Origin: an uncultured Candidatus Saccharibacteria bacterium
GTDB lineage: Bacteria; Patescibacteriota; Minisyncoccia; Phycocordibacterales; UBA9973
Assembly (NCBI GenBank): GCA_964553015.1
Contig: CAZKJE010000003.1
Coordinates: 1-51,741, forward strand
Direction of reading: 5' to 3'
Length of the DNA stretch: 51,741 nucleotides
Under the pieces are notes generated by a model. The model worked only from the letters and a program-made list of their open reading frames with translations. It made no database searches and had not been told where the DNA came from. The position numbers and the translations under genes were made by a program. Positions within the stretch are counted from its first letter, which is position 1. Every line of letters begins with the position of its first letter. Positions 1 to 8,481 of the stretch are shown here, piece after piece.

Positions 1-456
1 TTATTGGAAAGATTGGCCTCCGGACATGCAGACGGAGAAAAAGTGAAAGGGGAAACACGCATTGGTTATTATAGGCAGGATTTTTCCACTTTAAATTTTG
101 AAGACACTGTTTACCAGTCTCTTGCAACGGCAATGGTAGATGGCGGCGAAAGTCTCGACGAAGAAAAAATGCGCTCCGTCGCTGCCGGATTTTTAATAAC
201 CGGAGAATTTATCCGGACCAAAATTGGAGACCTCTCCGAAGGACAAAAAGGCCTTGTGGCTTTTGCGCGGCTGGTGATGCAAAAACCCGGACTTCTCATT
301 TTAGACGAGCCGACCAACCATATAAACTTTAGGCATTTGCCGATAATTGCAAAGGCACTCGACGAATACAAAGGAGCCATGATCTTGGTCTCTCACGTTC
401 CGGAATTTGTAAAACAAATCAGGATTGATGAAGTACTTGATCTAGACCCCGCTTAA
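1..456 (+). CDS. ABC-F type ABC ATPase, C-terminal part (5' end lies outside the window)
   Basis: The reading frame is open to the window edge. It has an ABC signature-like LSEGQK followed by Walker B LLILDEPTNH and VSH. Confidence 0.8.
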   Translation, partial: LLERLASGHADGEKVKGETRIGYYRQDFSTLNFEDTVYQSLATAMVDGGESLDEEKMRSVAAGFLITGEFIRTKIGDLSEGQKGLVAFARLVMQKPGLLILDEPTNHINFRHLPIIAKALDEYKGAMILVSHVPEFVKQIRIDEVLDLDPA

Positions 457-1092
457 CAGACGGGGCAAAAAAGTAGACAGCTCTTTATCCGTTATTTTTC
501 TTAGGCCTCCGCCCTTTAGATTTCCTAGTTTTATATTCATTATTCTTTCACGTTTTAGGTCGGCTACTTCTTGAAACAAGGCCGAGCACATTCTGCGGAT
601 TTGATGTTTTTTTCCTTCAGTTAAAATTATTTTAAAAGTATTTGGTCCCAAAATTTTTACTTGGCATTTTTGGGTTAGGTAATCCTCAATTTTTACTCCA
701 GCTTCCATTTTTTGTTTAAAGCTAGAGCGAAGTTTTTCTTTAGTGCGAACCACATATTCTTTTTCATGAAAATATTTTGGATTTAAAAGACGGTCGGTGA
801 TGCGTCCGTCGTTGGTAAGTATCAAAAGTCCGTGGGAATTTTTATCTAGTCTGCCGATGGGGAACAGATCTGTCCTCGGCGAGTTCGTCTCAATTCCGAT
901 TGGCTTGTTGTACGCAAAATATTCGTATGTTTTTTCCGGAGCGCCTTTTATTTCTACTTTATCAGTTTCTTTTACTTTACTCCCTAGTACCGCGAGCTCG
1001 CCGTTAATAAAAACTTTTTTACTTCCCACCAATTCATCGGCTCCACGTCTCGTAGAGATTTTTTTGAACGCCAGATATTTATTTATGCGCAT
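442..1092 (-). CDS. Pseudouridine synthase, RsuA/RluB/RluF family
   Basis: S4-like N-terminus (MRINKYLA..RRGADELV) and catalytic GRLDKNSHGLLILTNDG motif. The start is set at ATG 1092 because the longer ORF runs into the upstream terminator hairpin. Confidence 0.85.
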   Translation of the reverse strand: MRINKYLAFKKISTRRGADELVGSKKVFINGELAVLGSKVKETDKVEIKGAPEKTYEYFAYNKPIGIETNSPRTDLFPIGRLDKNSHGLLILTNDGRITDRLLNPKYFHEKEYVVRTKEKLRSSFKQKMEAGVKIEDYLTQKCQVKILGPNTFKIILTEGKKHQIRRMCSALFQEVADLKRERIMNIKLGNLKGGGLRKITDKELSTFLPRLLSGV

Positions 1093-1114
1093 CGGGTACA
1101 TATAAACTTCTTCC

Positions 1115-1147
1115 ATAAAACAAATATAGCACACTTGCGTGCGCTAT
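1115..1147 (-). terminator. Intrinsic terminator after the large surface protein gene
   Basis: On the minus strand, ATAGCGCAC-gcaa-GTGTGCTAT (8 of 9 bp) is followed by ATTTGTTTTAT. Confidence 0.5.
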
Positions 1148-1172
1148 ATTTGATATTAATAATATTTGAATT

Positions 1173-4100
1173 TTAATGCTGTACGGTCGTGGTAACAGTT
1201 TTCCTTTCCAAAATGGCAGGAGTGGTGCCTGTAAACAGCGCTCTTACGAGCATTACAAGTACCAAGATCAGGATCAGGAAGAGTAGCCATCCAAAGAGGC
1301 TGGCTGGCCAGAATCCTGCGCCGAATACACTAGCACCAAGAGGGATAACTGTTCTTTCTTCAATTGTAGGATTTGGGTTGCTCCAAACCTGAGCAGAAAC
1401 ATTGGCGCTTACTGACTGAGGGAATCCCGCAGGGTCAGTGTATGAAAGTACCGCAGGGAAGTTTAAGAGTGCTCCGGCTGGGGCATCTTCTCTTACGCGC
1501 ACTCTTACGGTGACTGTTCCTTGTCCATTTGCCGGTAGAGTTCCGAGGCTAAAGATCAAAGTGTTGCCAGAGACCATCGGATTATTTGGATTTGAGAACA
1601 TGAAGTCAACTTCGCGAGGAAGATCCAATCTCAAAACAAGATTCCTAATAGCAGCGGTGCCTATGTTTTGGTAAGTTACAGTGTAATTTATTTCATCTCC
1701 GACGTGCGGGCGGGTATTGTCCAGTGTTGGCTGTATCGGCTGATTTCTGTCTATAGAAGAAGTTATCAATACTAGTGAAGTAGGAACAGGTCTTGGCGGA
1801 GTTCCTATGACCACAGTTCTTGGTCTGACATTTACTGTCACAGAATCTGTCGCAGATCCGGAGCCATTACTGCAAGTCAAAGTGTATGTTCGAGAGCTTG
1901 AAAGCGAGCCGGTGTAGAAAGATGCCGGACCGATACTTTTTGTGCCTGCCCACCCTAAAGATCCGCCGGAAGCATAGCAAGAAGTTGCGTTCGTTGTGTT
2001 CCAGCGCAAGAACGTAGCAGCATTGTATGCTATGTTTGTACTGTCAGCATAGAGATTTACCGTAGGCTGATTATTATTTACTATAATATTATTACCTACA
2101 CGGACTGTCACAGAATCAGAATCTGAGCCTTCGTCGTTAGTACAAGTTATGTTGAAAGTCGTATCGCTTGTAAGAAAGTTTGCATAAAACGTGCCTGAAC
2201 GCCCTCGGTTGCTAGAAGACCAGCCGCTTGTGCCGCCGCTTGATCGGCAATCATCTGCGTCTGTTGAGTTCCATGTGATTACGCTTGATCCGTTGTAGTT
2301 TACTGTACCCGGGTTAGCGTAAATATTCACTGTTGGCCTGTCCCCGTTATCATCATCGTCTACTCTAACTGTCACTGAATCAGACGCAGAATTTCCGGCA
2401 TTGTTGTAACAAGTAATGCTGTAGGTTGTATCTGAAAACAAATCTCCAGTGTCAAAGGTCCCAGAAGTGCCTACATTATTTAATGCCCAGCCATTTCTGC
2501 CGCCAGTCCTATTACAATAACTGGCATTATTTGAAGTCCAGCGAACTCTAGTGTCATCACCTTCATCAATCCTTGTATCATCTGCGGTAAGGTCTACGCT
2601 TACATTATTACTGATACTGCCTACATTTACCGTTACTGAATCATTAACCTGTTGTCCATTGGTTCCAATACAAGTGACGCTGAAAGTTGTAGTTGAAGTC
2701 AGATTGCTTATTGTATAAGAGAAAGTGCCATTGATATTTTTTCCTCCTGTCCATTGAGAATTAGACGGAGAGCTGTTTGCAGAACAGGAAGTCACATTGT
2801 TTGAGCTTAACGTTAACTGGGTCGGGTCTCCGGAACTGATGCTTGTAGGATTAGCAGTGAGATTTACGCTCGGCTGGTTGACGACGATATTTACACACAT
2901 TGATCCGTTCCAGCTGGTGCCGGAGGCGCAAGACGCGGTTGCCACTTCAGTATCTAGAATTGAGGCTCCATTTTTTAAGTCAAATGTCGTTGACGGAAAT
3001 GTCACCCAGACGGTGAGAGGAGGAGTCAGACGATTAGCAGAAGTTGAAAGAGTGTTGCCGGTATTTCTGTCTACTACAGCAGGCGAGGTTACATTTTGTG
3101 TAGACCAAGTCGCGCCGGTAGTACAAGTGCTTTGATTAGGGCCAATAGTACAGCTTGAAGGCGAAATGGTTAAGTTTCCGGTTGGCGGTTCAAAGGGAGG
3201 CTGTATGGGAGGAAATATGCACGTGCCTACTTGGCCATAGTTTATAGCGCCTGGGGTTTGGCAGACTTGTGGTGGAGTAGAAGGGTAGCGGCACGGAAGT
3301 AGACCTCCGTAATTTGTTGCTCTCGGGTCCTGGCATGTTGTTGGGGGAGGCGGCACAACATTACAAGTAATAGTTTTTGGCGAACCATTTAAAAGAAATC
3401 TATTGCCGGTTGGAGTACCCGTTGAATCCACATCAACACCATATACATATATTATGTGGGGAACACCATCTTTCAGCGAAGTTGGTGTCGCAATATGGAA
3501 AGCATGGTTGCCGGTTAAACCCAGATTATCATTAACATCTTTGCGAAATAGATTGGCCAATCCAGTAATAACACTTCTACCGAATGCATCGTCTACTTCG
3601 ATGTGTACGGGGGTGTCCGTTTTGTTATAATCAACAGACCAACCCCAAATAGCAGAACAATCAGCTCCATCCAAATATCCTTTCGGTAGAGTATTTGTCG
3701 GCGCAGGAGGAGGCGTAGTGCTGCATCCTCCGGTCGGAGTAAGGGATACAGAAGTAGTGGTGGTGCTAGAACCAGAGTAAGTACTGCCGGAGTTAGATGA
3801 AAATCCTGAAGCAGAAACCGTCCAACCTATGTTAGTATTTGAATATACGCCAAAGTCGGCGAATCCGGAACCGTCAGTAGTTCTAGTCGTGCCATTTCCG
3901 AAATCTTGATTTATAGAAACTAAAGCATTTTGGATATAGTTGCTGTTACAGCTGTTTCTAACTCTAAAATCAAAATTTACGAAAGTGGGGTTTGTCGGAG
4001 TGCCAGAGCAGGCGGGAGTGGTGAAATTTTCTATATTTACCGACGGTCCCCAGTTGGATGAGCTGGTTTTTTTAACTTCTAATCTATAAAAATACTGAGT

Positions 4101-4385
4101 GCTTCCGGAGAGGCCCGTAAGAAATGCCTCAATGTTTTGGTCTTGGTTAGCACGAACTGTCTGGGTCGGGGTGGTTTGCCCTCCCCCGTTGTCTACTGTG
4201 GAATAATCTGTAGCATATCTGAATCTTGCGTTGGTGTCATTGCCATTGGTGATAACATAGCCAGTAATTGTTCGACTATCACACGCTGCTGCGGAAACAG
4301 GGGTCGGTTTTGCAACCGCAAAAAGCCCCATAAGGACAAAAATACTTAGTATTGTTCCGACGAAACTCTTTGTTATTTTATTCAT
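1173..4385 (-). CDS. Large secreted, membrane-anchored surface protein (1070 aa) with tandem Ig-like repeats and a DUF11-like domain
   Basis: N-terminal signal peptide (ILSIFVLMGLFAVAKPTPVSA), Pro/Thr linkers and four repeats of about 85 aa. There is a DUF11-like block (NLVLRLDLP..GTVTVRVRV) and a C-terminal TM helix (WLLFLILILVLVMLV). Confidence 0.85.
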   Translation of the reverse strand: MNKITKSFVGTILSIFVLMGLFAVAKPTPVSAAACDSRTITGYVITNGNDTNARFRYATDYSTVDNGGGQTTPTQTVRANQDQNIEAFLTGLSGSTQYFYRLEVKKTSSSNWGPSVNIENFTTPACSGTPTNPTFVNFDFRVRNSCNSNYIQNALVSINQDFGNGTTRTTDGSGFADFGVYSNTNIGWTVSASGFSSNSGSTYSGSSTTTTSVSLTPTGGCSTTPPPAPTNTLPKGYLDGADCSAIWGWSVDYNKTDTPVHIEVDDAFGRSVITGLANLFRKDVNDNLGLTGNHAFHIATPTSLKDGVPHIIYVYGVDVDSTGTPTGNRFLLNGSPKTITCNVVPPPPTTCQDPRATNYGGLLPCRYPSTPPQVCQTPGAINYGQVGTCIFPPIQPPFEPPTGNLTISPSSCTIGPNQSTCTTGATWSTQNVTSPAVVDRNTGNTLSTSANRLTPPLTVWVTFPSTTFDLKNGASILDTEVATASCASGTSWNGSMCVNIVVNQPSVNLTANPTSISSGDPTQLTLSSNNVTSCSANSSPSNSQWTGGKNINGTFSYTISNLTSTTTFSVTCIGTNGQQVNDSVTVNVGSISNNVSVDLTADDTRIDEGDDTRVRWTSNNASYCNRTGGRNGWALNNVGTSGTFDTGDLFSDTTYSITCYNNAGNSASDSVTVRVDDDDNGDRPTVNIYANPGTVNYNGSSVITWNSTDADDCRSSGGTSGWSSSNRGRSGTFYANFLTSDTTFNITCTNDEGSDSDSVTVRVGNNIIVNNNQPTVNLYADSTNIAYNAATFLRWNTTNATSCYASGGSLGWAGTKSIGPASFYTGSLSSSRTYTLTCSNGSGSATDSVTVNVRPRTVVIGTPPRPVPTSLVLITSSIDRNQPIQPTLDNTRPHVGDEINYTVTYQNIGTAAIRNLVLRLDLPREVDFMFSNPNNPMVSGNTLIFSLGTLPANGQGTVTVRVRVREDAPAGALLNFPAVLSYTDPAGFPQSVSANVSAQVWSNPNPTIEERTVIPLGASVFGAGFWPASLFGWLLFLILILVLVMLVRALFTGTTPAILERKTVTTTVQH
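1827..2876 (-). repeat. Four tandem repeats of about 85 aa within the surface protein CDS
   Basis: Units start P(S/T)VN(L/I)(T/Y)A and end DSVTV(N/R)V. Each has two conserved Cys (..SC/YC/DC.. and ..(T/S)(V/I/L)TC..). They span about aa 504-853. Confidence 0.7.
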
Positions 4386-4425
4386 GTATATAAATGCCTT
4401 TTGGCGTTAATATCAATAATATTCT

Positions 4426-4454
4426 ATTATACACTACTTGAATGAAAATGTCAA
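4426..4454 (-). promoter_or_regulatory. Sigma70 promoter for the surface protein gene
   Basis: Minus strand reads TTGACA-17 nt-TATAAT, about 35 nt upstream of ATG 4385. Confidence 0.6.
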
Positions 4455-4583
4455 TACTTTTTCACTCTCTAAAAATATGACTGTACACATATGACGTATA
4501 TGCAACATTTTTGTTTCATAGCTTTAGAGAGTGCAGGAGGGGTATGACCTTCCGGCACTCCTCCTCCTGACACACACGATGTG

Positions 4584-5240
4584 TTAGAAATTTCCCCCGG
4601 TTATCCCGCCGGGGCCTTTGTTGTCGTCGCCCCCGCCAAGGGCACTTGCCCCTAGTCCGACAACCGCTGCGCCAACGACGAAGCAACCCCATCGCCGTCC
4701 GGTCTTCCATGATTCGCCACAGAGCGGGCGGCGCGGATGGCCGGACGTAATATTCCTGCCGACGGGACGGCAGTCGCGGCTGTCCCACCGACCGTCGCGA
4801 TTCATGTCTTCCTCCGGGTCACCGACGCCGTCGTTGTTGGTGTCCCAACAGCTCGTGCCAGCGGGGCCTGGTTCCCCATCCTCACCACGATGGGTGACAT
4901 TGAAAGTGATGATGGATTCGCGGGGAATCTCGTTGCCCTTTGGTCGTCCCGCCGTTATTTCATTCTTGCACAGGACGACGAGTGGGTTGCCTCCACCCGG
5001 CGGATAGGCGAGAACGTGGCCCGGAGGAAGCTCGCAGCGATACTCGCCGTGGCCACCGCGCTGGGTAACCGGCTCCGGCTGAGTTGTCTTGACGAGCTTC
5101 CAATCAAGTGGAGGCACCCACTGGTAAGTGGGATCGACGGGATCGGCTCCGACGTTGCAGGGTCGGAGCGTGTCAGCTCTTGCCACCGTGGCGAGAGCGA
5201 GAACTACGAACAACGCGAGAAGATGAAAGAAACGTCGCAT
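4584..5240 (-). CDS. GC-rich secreted protein with collagen-like and Ca-binding-like Asp repeats and a C-terminal hydrophobic segment
   Basis: Signal peptide MRRFFHLLALFVVLALATVARA, then GEDGEPGPAG, DTNNDGVGDPEED and DMNRDGRWDSRD. Strong SD AGGAGG lies 5 nt before the ATG. The other long ORFs here are alternative frames of the same GC-rich DNA. Confidence 0.7.
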   Translation of the reverse strand: MRRFFHLLALFVVLALATVARADTLRPCNVGADPVDPTYQWVPPLDWKLVKTTQPEPVTQRGGHGEYRCELPPGHVLAYPPGGGNPLVVLCKNEITAGRPKGNEIPRESIITFNVTHRGEDGEPGPAGTSCWDTNNDGVGDPEEDMNRDGRWDSRDCRPVGRNITSGHPRRPLCGESWKTGRRWGCFVVGAAVVGLGASALGGGDDNKGPGGITGGNF

Positions 5241-5317
5241 GACTTCCTCCTATTTTTTGTGAGTTGTTATGTTTTGGGGAACTTCGGGTGAAATTCCCCG
5301 ATTTCTATTCACTAGGT

Positions 5318-5345
5318 ATTATATCACCCTACAAAAATATGTCAA
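5318..5345 (-). promoter_or_regulatory. Consensus sigma70 promoter for the GC-rich secreted protein gene
   Basis: Minus strand reads TTGACA-16 nt-TATAAT. The roughly 70-nt leader contains a GGGGAA-N12-TTCCCC hairpin. Confidence 0.55.
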
Positions 5346-5427
5346 GTGGTCTGTAGACAATTGATTTATGTGTGGTTCTATGAAAAATAGGATGAATTTT
5401 AATAAAAATTTTTATTTTTTTGAATTG

Positions 5428-5499
5428 TGCTCCTGCCAAGAATCGAACTTGGATCACAAGATCCGCAATCTTGTATTCTATCCGTTGAACTACAGGAGC
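5428..5499 (-). tRNA. tRNA-Arg (anticodon GCG)
   Basis: Hand-folded cloverleaf: acceptor GCTCCTG/CAGGAGC, anticodon stem CAAGA/TCTTG with loop TTGCGGA, and T-arm CCAAG-TTCGATT-CTTGG. No CCA is encoded. Confidence 0.8.
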
Positions 5500-5544
5500 A
5501 ATTATTTTAGACTATCAGTTTTTAATCTCTAGGTAAAGGGATTT

Positions 5545-6039
5545 TTAAAACCCCATCACGTCCATAATCTTTTCGGATGGATGTTCTTTCATTTCAACTT
5601 CAGGTATATTTTGCGCGGACATTATTCCGTGTATTTCTTCTGCAATCTCCAAATCTATCGGAATAGAAAGTATAGGCATGAAAATTCTTTCAGAATGGAT
5701 AAACAGCAACGGTTTTACGATGGAGGCCGGAGTAAAATCTGCCTGAACCCAGAAAGCTTTGACGCTCTCGTACGGATATATGCGACTGTGTATTTTTAAG
5801 CCTTTCTCATTTAATTCGTAGGTCACAATCTCTGGCTTTTTCATTGCGAAAAATGCGAGCAGGAGCCCAGCGATGATTAGAAGCAGAGCAAAAAAATAAT
5901 TTCCAAAAATAATTGAAGCAATAGAGCTCGTCACTACAATAACTCCAAGAGCCCAAAACCAATCCTGGCTTCTTTCTTTTTCTTCGTATTCAAGCGCAGA
6001 CCAAACTAGTTTATATTCCTCGTTAGCGTTTCCTTGCAT
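5545..6039 (-). CDS. Hypothetical membrane protein (two TM helices plus a soluble C-terminal domain)
   Basis: Single long ORF with hydrophobic helices WFWALGVIVVTSSIASIIF and FFALLLIIAGLLLAFF. Confidence 0.6.
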   Translation of the reverse strand: MQGNANEEYKLVWSALEYEEKERSQDWFWALGVIVVTSSIASIIFGNYFFALLLIIAGLLLAFFAMKKPEIVTYELNEKGLKIHSRIYPYESVKAFWVQADFTPASIVKPLLFIHSERIFMPILSIPIDLEIAEEIHGIMSAQNIPEVEMKEHPSEKIMDVMGF

Positions 6040-6089
6040 GCGCTAATTATACCAAACTATGTCTGAATATGTCTAATATATTTCCAGTG

Positions 6090-6174
6090 CGGAGGCGGTG
6101 AGATTCGAACTCACGGTGCCTTGCGGCACTCCTGTTTTCAAGACAGGTGCACTAAACCACTATGCGACGCCTCC
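6090..6174 (-). tRNA. tRNA-Ser (anticodon UGA)
   Basis: Acceptor GGAGGCG/CGCCTCC, anticodon loop CTTGAAA, long variable arm GTGCC-gcaa-GGCAC, T-arm GTGAG-TTCGAAT-CTCAC, discriminator G. Confidence 0.9.
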
Positions 6175-6195
6175 GCACCGGAAACATTTATTTTT

Positions 6196-6435
6196 TTATT
6201 TAAACGACTCCCACGCTTTACTGAAATCCTCCTTCACCTCTGCCCAGCTTTTGCCGGCAATTTTAAAAATGTAAAAAATTTCTAAAATTCCTACAGTATT
6301 TAATATGAGCAAAGCTATAAACCACTTTTTATGATTACGCTTTACCGCCAGCCAGACAGCGTAAACTTTCCACGGAATCGTCCAGATTGTCAGTATAAGC
6401 AAAAGCAAAGTATTTGAATAATAAAACGGACTCAT
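6196..6435 (-). CDS. Small two-TM membrane protein
   Basis: 79-aa ORF with two hydrophobic helices. No recognised catalytic motif. Confidence 0.5.
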   Translation of the reverse strand: MSPFYYSNTLLLLILTIWTIPWKVYAVWLAVKRNHKKWFIALLILNTVGILEIFYIFKIAGKSWAEVKEDFSKAWESFK

Positions 6436-6481
6436 AAGCGCTAATATATCAGAAAAAACCTATTTATGCTAGTATCTTCTC

Positions 6482-6940
6482 ATGACACCTGCTTCTAGAT
6501 TTTTAGGAATTGACTATGGCACCAAAAGAATAGGTATTTCTATTTCGGATGAAAACTGTACTCTAGCTTTTCCAAAAGAAATTATTTTAAATGGCCCAAA
6601 TACTTTTAACAGATTAAGAAGTATAATAAAAGAAAAAAATATCAGCAACATAGTTGTAGGGGAGTCGGTAGACTTTTCTGGAAAATTAAATGCGCTCTCC
6701 GGAAGGATAGAAGTTTTTATTTTGGAACTCGAAGAAAAATTTAACCTGCCGGTTCATAAACAGAAAGAATTTCTGACCTCAGTGGAAGCCAGAAAAGCGG
6801 GAAGCACCAAACAAAGCTTGAGCCAGTCGCAGGTTCATAGCAAAATTAAGCAAATTAAGTCCGGCCGGATAGATGCTTCGGCTGCAGCGCTCATACTGCA
6901 GAGATATCTGGACCGAAGGTCCCGACAGAAGGGGAGATAA
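6482..6940 (+). CDS. ruvX: YqgF/RuvX-type putative Holliday junction resolvase / pre-16S rRNA nuclease
   Basis: N-terminal FLGIDYGTKRIGISISD motif and typical size. Confidence 0.8.
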   Translation: MTPASRFLGIDYGTKRIGISISDENCTLAFPKEIILNGPNTFNRLRSIIKEKNISNIVVGESVDFSGKLNALSGRIEVFILELEEKFNLPVHKQKEFLTSVEARKAGSTKQSLSQSQVHSKIKQIKSGRIDASAAALILQRYLDRRSRQKGR

Positions 6941-6954
6941 GATAAATAATAATT

Positions 6955-7293
6955 ATGACAGAAAAAATTAGCATAGATGATTTTAAAAAGGTTGATATAG
7001 TTGCAGGCATTATATTATCTGCAGAAAAAGTTCCGGAGACGGATAAGCTTTTAAAACTCTCTGTTGATCTCGGTGAAGCAGAGCCAAGGCAAATTGTTTC
7101 TGGTATTGCGTTATATTTTCCAGACTGTTCAGTCTTAGTCGGCAAAAAATGCATGTTTGTCGCAAACCTGGAACCAAGAGTGATAAAAGGCATTGAAAGC
7201 AACGGAATGATATTGGCTGTGTCTACCGAAGAAGGCAAATTCTCTTTACTTGAGCCAAATAGTGAAATTCCGGCTGGTGCCATGGCAAAATGA
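6955..7293 (+). CDS. tRNA-binding domain protein (CsaA / MetRS C-terminal-like OB fold)
   Basis: DDFKKVDIVAGIILSAEKVPETDKLLKLSVDLG..RQIVSGIA..ANLEPRVIKGIESNGMILA pattern. Confidence 0.8.
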   Translation: MTEKISIDDFKKVDIVAGIILSAEKVPETDKLLKLSVDLGEAEPRQIVSGIALYFPDCSVLVGKKCMFVANLEPRVIKGIESNGMILAVSTEEGKFSLLEPNSEIPAGAMAK

Positions 7294-7328
7294 TAGCGGT
7301 AAGTATCTAAATATAATATAATATTAAT

Positions 7329-8441
7329 ATGTTTAAGAATTCCAAGAACTCCAAGAACCGACTGAGCGGATTTCTCTTTAAATTTTTTCCGCCGCCTAAA
7401 TATCTCATGGCGCCGTCTTTCGGCTTGGATATTTCAGACGAATCTTTGAAATTTGTCGAGCTTGTTCCTACCAAAAATGGCATAAAGATAGGCCGGTACG
7501 GCGAGCGCAAGATACCAGTAGGAATTATTGAATCCGGCAAAATAAAAAATCCGGAAAAATTAAAAGAAGTGCTGAAAAATCTACGCCGAGAGGAAGGAAT
7601 AAGATTTGTACGGGCATCCTTGCCCGAAGAACAAGTGTATCTGTTTGCCCTTCGGCTGGAAAAATCAGGATTAAAAAATGTTCGCGAAGGCATAGAGCTC
7701 GCGCTTGAAGATCATGTGCCGGTGTCTGCGCAGGATGCTATTTTTGATTATGATTTTGTGGGCGAAGATGAGCAAAGCCTTGAAGTAGAAGTGGCCGCTA
7801 TTCCTAGAAATGTAATTGAAAATTATATAGATGTATTCAGGGATTCATATATATCTATCCAGTCTCTGGAGCTCGAAGCGCAGGCTGTCGGGAGAGCCGT
7901 CGTCAAAAAAGGAGACTTGGAAACTTATATGATAGTGGATTTTGGGCAGACGCGCACGGGCATATTTATCATGTCCCGCGGAGTCGTGGTGTTTACTTCC
8001 ACGCTTGACATCGGAGGCGAGCTCTTAAATAAAATGATAGAGAAAAATTTCAATGTAAGCAAAGAAGAAGCGGAAAAAATGAAAAGACAGTACGGGCTCG
8101 AACGCAATACCGAGAACCAGGAAGTTTTTTCTGTGCTTTTAAACAGCGTTTCAATTTTGCGGGACGAGATAGTGAAGCATTTTTTATACTGGAATACACA
8201 CAAAGACGAAGAAGGCAAAGATCGTCCGCCGATCAAAAAAATAATTTTATGCGGGGGAGATTCAAATTTGATAGGGCTTGCCGATTACATTGCTGTCAGC
8301 ATGAAGAGCACTGTGGAAATGGCAAACGTCTGGACGAACATAGCCGAAACGGATACATATATTCCGGAGATAAGCTTTAACCAGTCGCTTACATTTGCGG
8401 CAGCCTTAGGGCTTGCTTTGGGAGATTTTGACTATGAATAA
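7329..8441 (+). CDS. pilM: Type IV pilus assembly ATPase-like protein PilM
   Basis: Actin-like fold pattern (GLDISDESLKFVEL, DFGQTRTGI, ILCGGDSNL) and a position ahead of pilN/pilO-like genes. The exact start is uncertain. Confidence 0.75.
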   Translation: MFKNSKNSKNRLSGFLFKFFPPPKYLMAPSFGLDISDESLKFVELVPTKNGIKIGRYGERKIPVGIIESGKIKNPEKLKEVLKNLRREEGIRFVRASLPEEQVYLFALRLEKSGLKNVREGIELALEDHVPVSAQDAIFDYDFVGEDEQSLEVEVAAIPRNVIENYIDVFRDSYISIQSLELEAQAVGRAVVKKGDLETYMIVDFGQTRTGIFIMSRGVVVFTSTLDIGGELLNKMIEKNFNVSKEEAEKMKRQYGLERNTENQEVFSVLLNSVSILRDEIVKHFLYWNTHKDEEGKDRPPIKKIILCGGDSNLIGLADYIAVSMKSTVEMANVWTNIAETDTYIPEISFNQSLTFAAALGLALGDFDYE

Positions 8442-8481
8442 TCGGAGTAATTTGGAATAAGTTGGAATAATATGCAGTAAC
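8439..8481 (+). repeat. Tandem decamer spacer (TTGGAATAA-like units), each unit ending in TAA
   Basis: TAA occurs at 8439, 8448, 8458, 8468 and 8478. The units are TTTGGAATAA, GTTGGAATAA and TATGCAGTAA. Confidence 0.7.

Noticed and set aside
4516-5291. Long overlapping ORFs 4516-4788(-), 4618-5007(+) and 4737-5291(+)
   Set aside because: These are alternative frames of a GC-rich segment, where stop codons are rare. They are Arg/Pro/Ala-rich with no start context. Only 4584-5240(-) has a signal peptide, an SD and a promoter.
5241-5427. tRNA-derived direct repeat or integrase that would mark the GC-rich islet as a classical genomic island
   Set aside because: No duplicate of the tRNA-Arg 3' end was found at the far boundary (about 4500), and no recombinase gene is present. 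Mobility therefore remains unproven.
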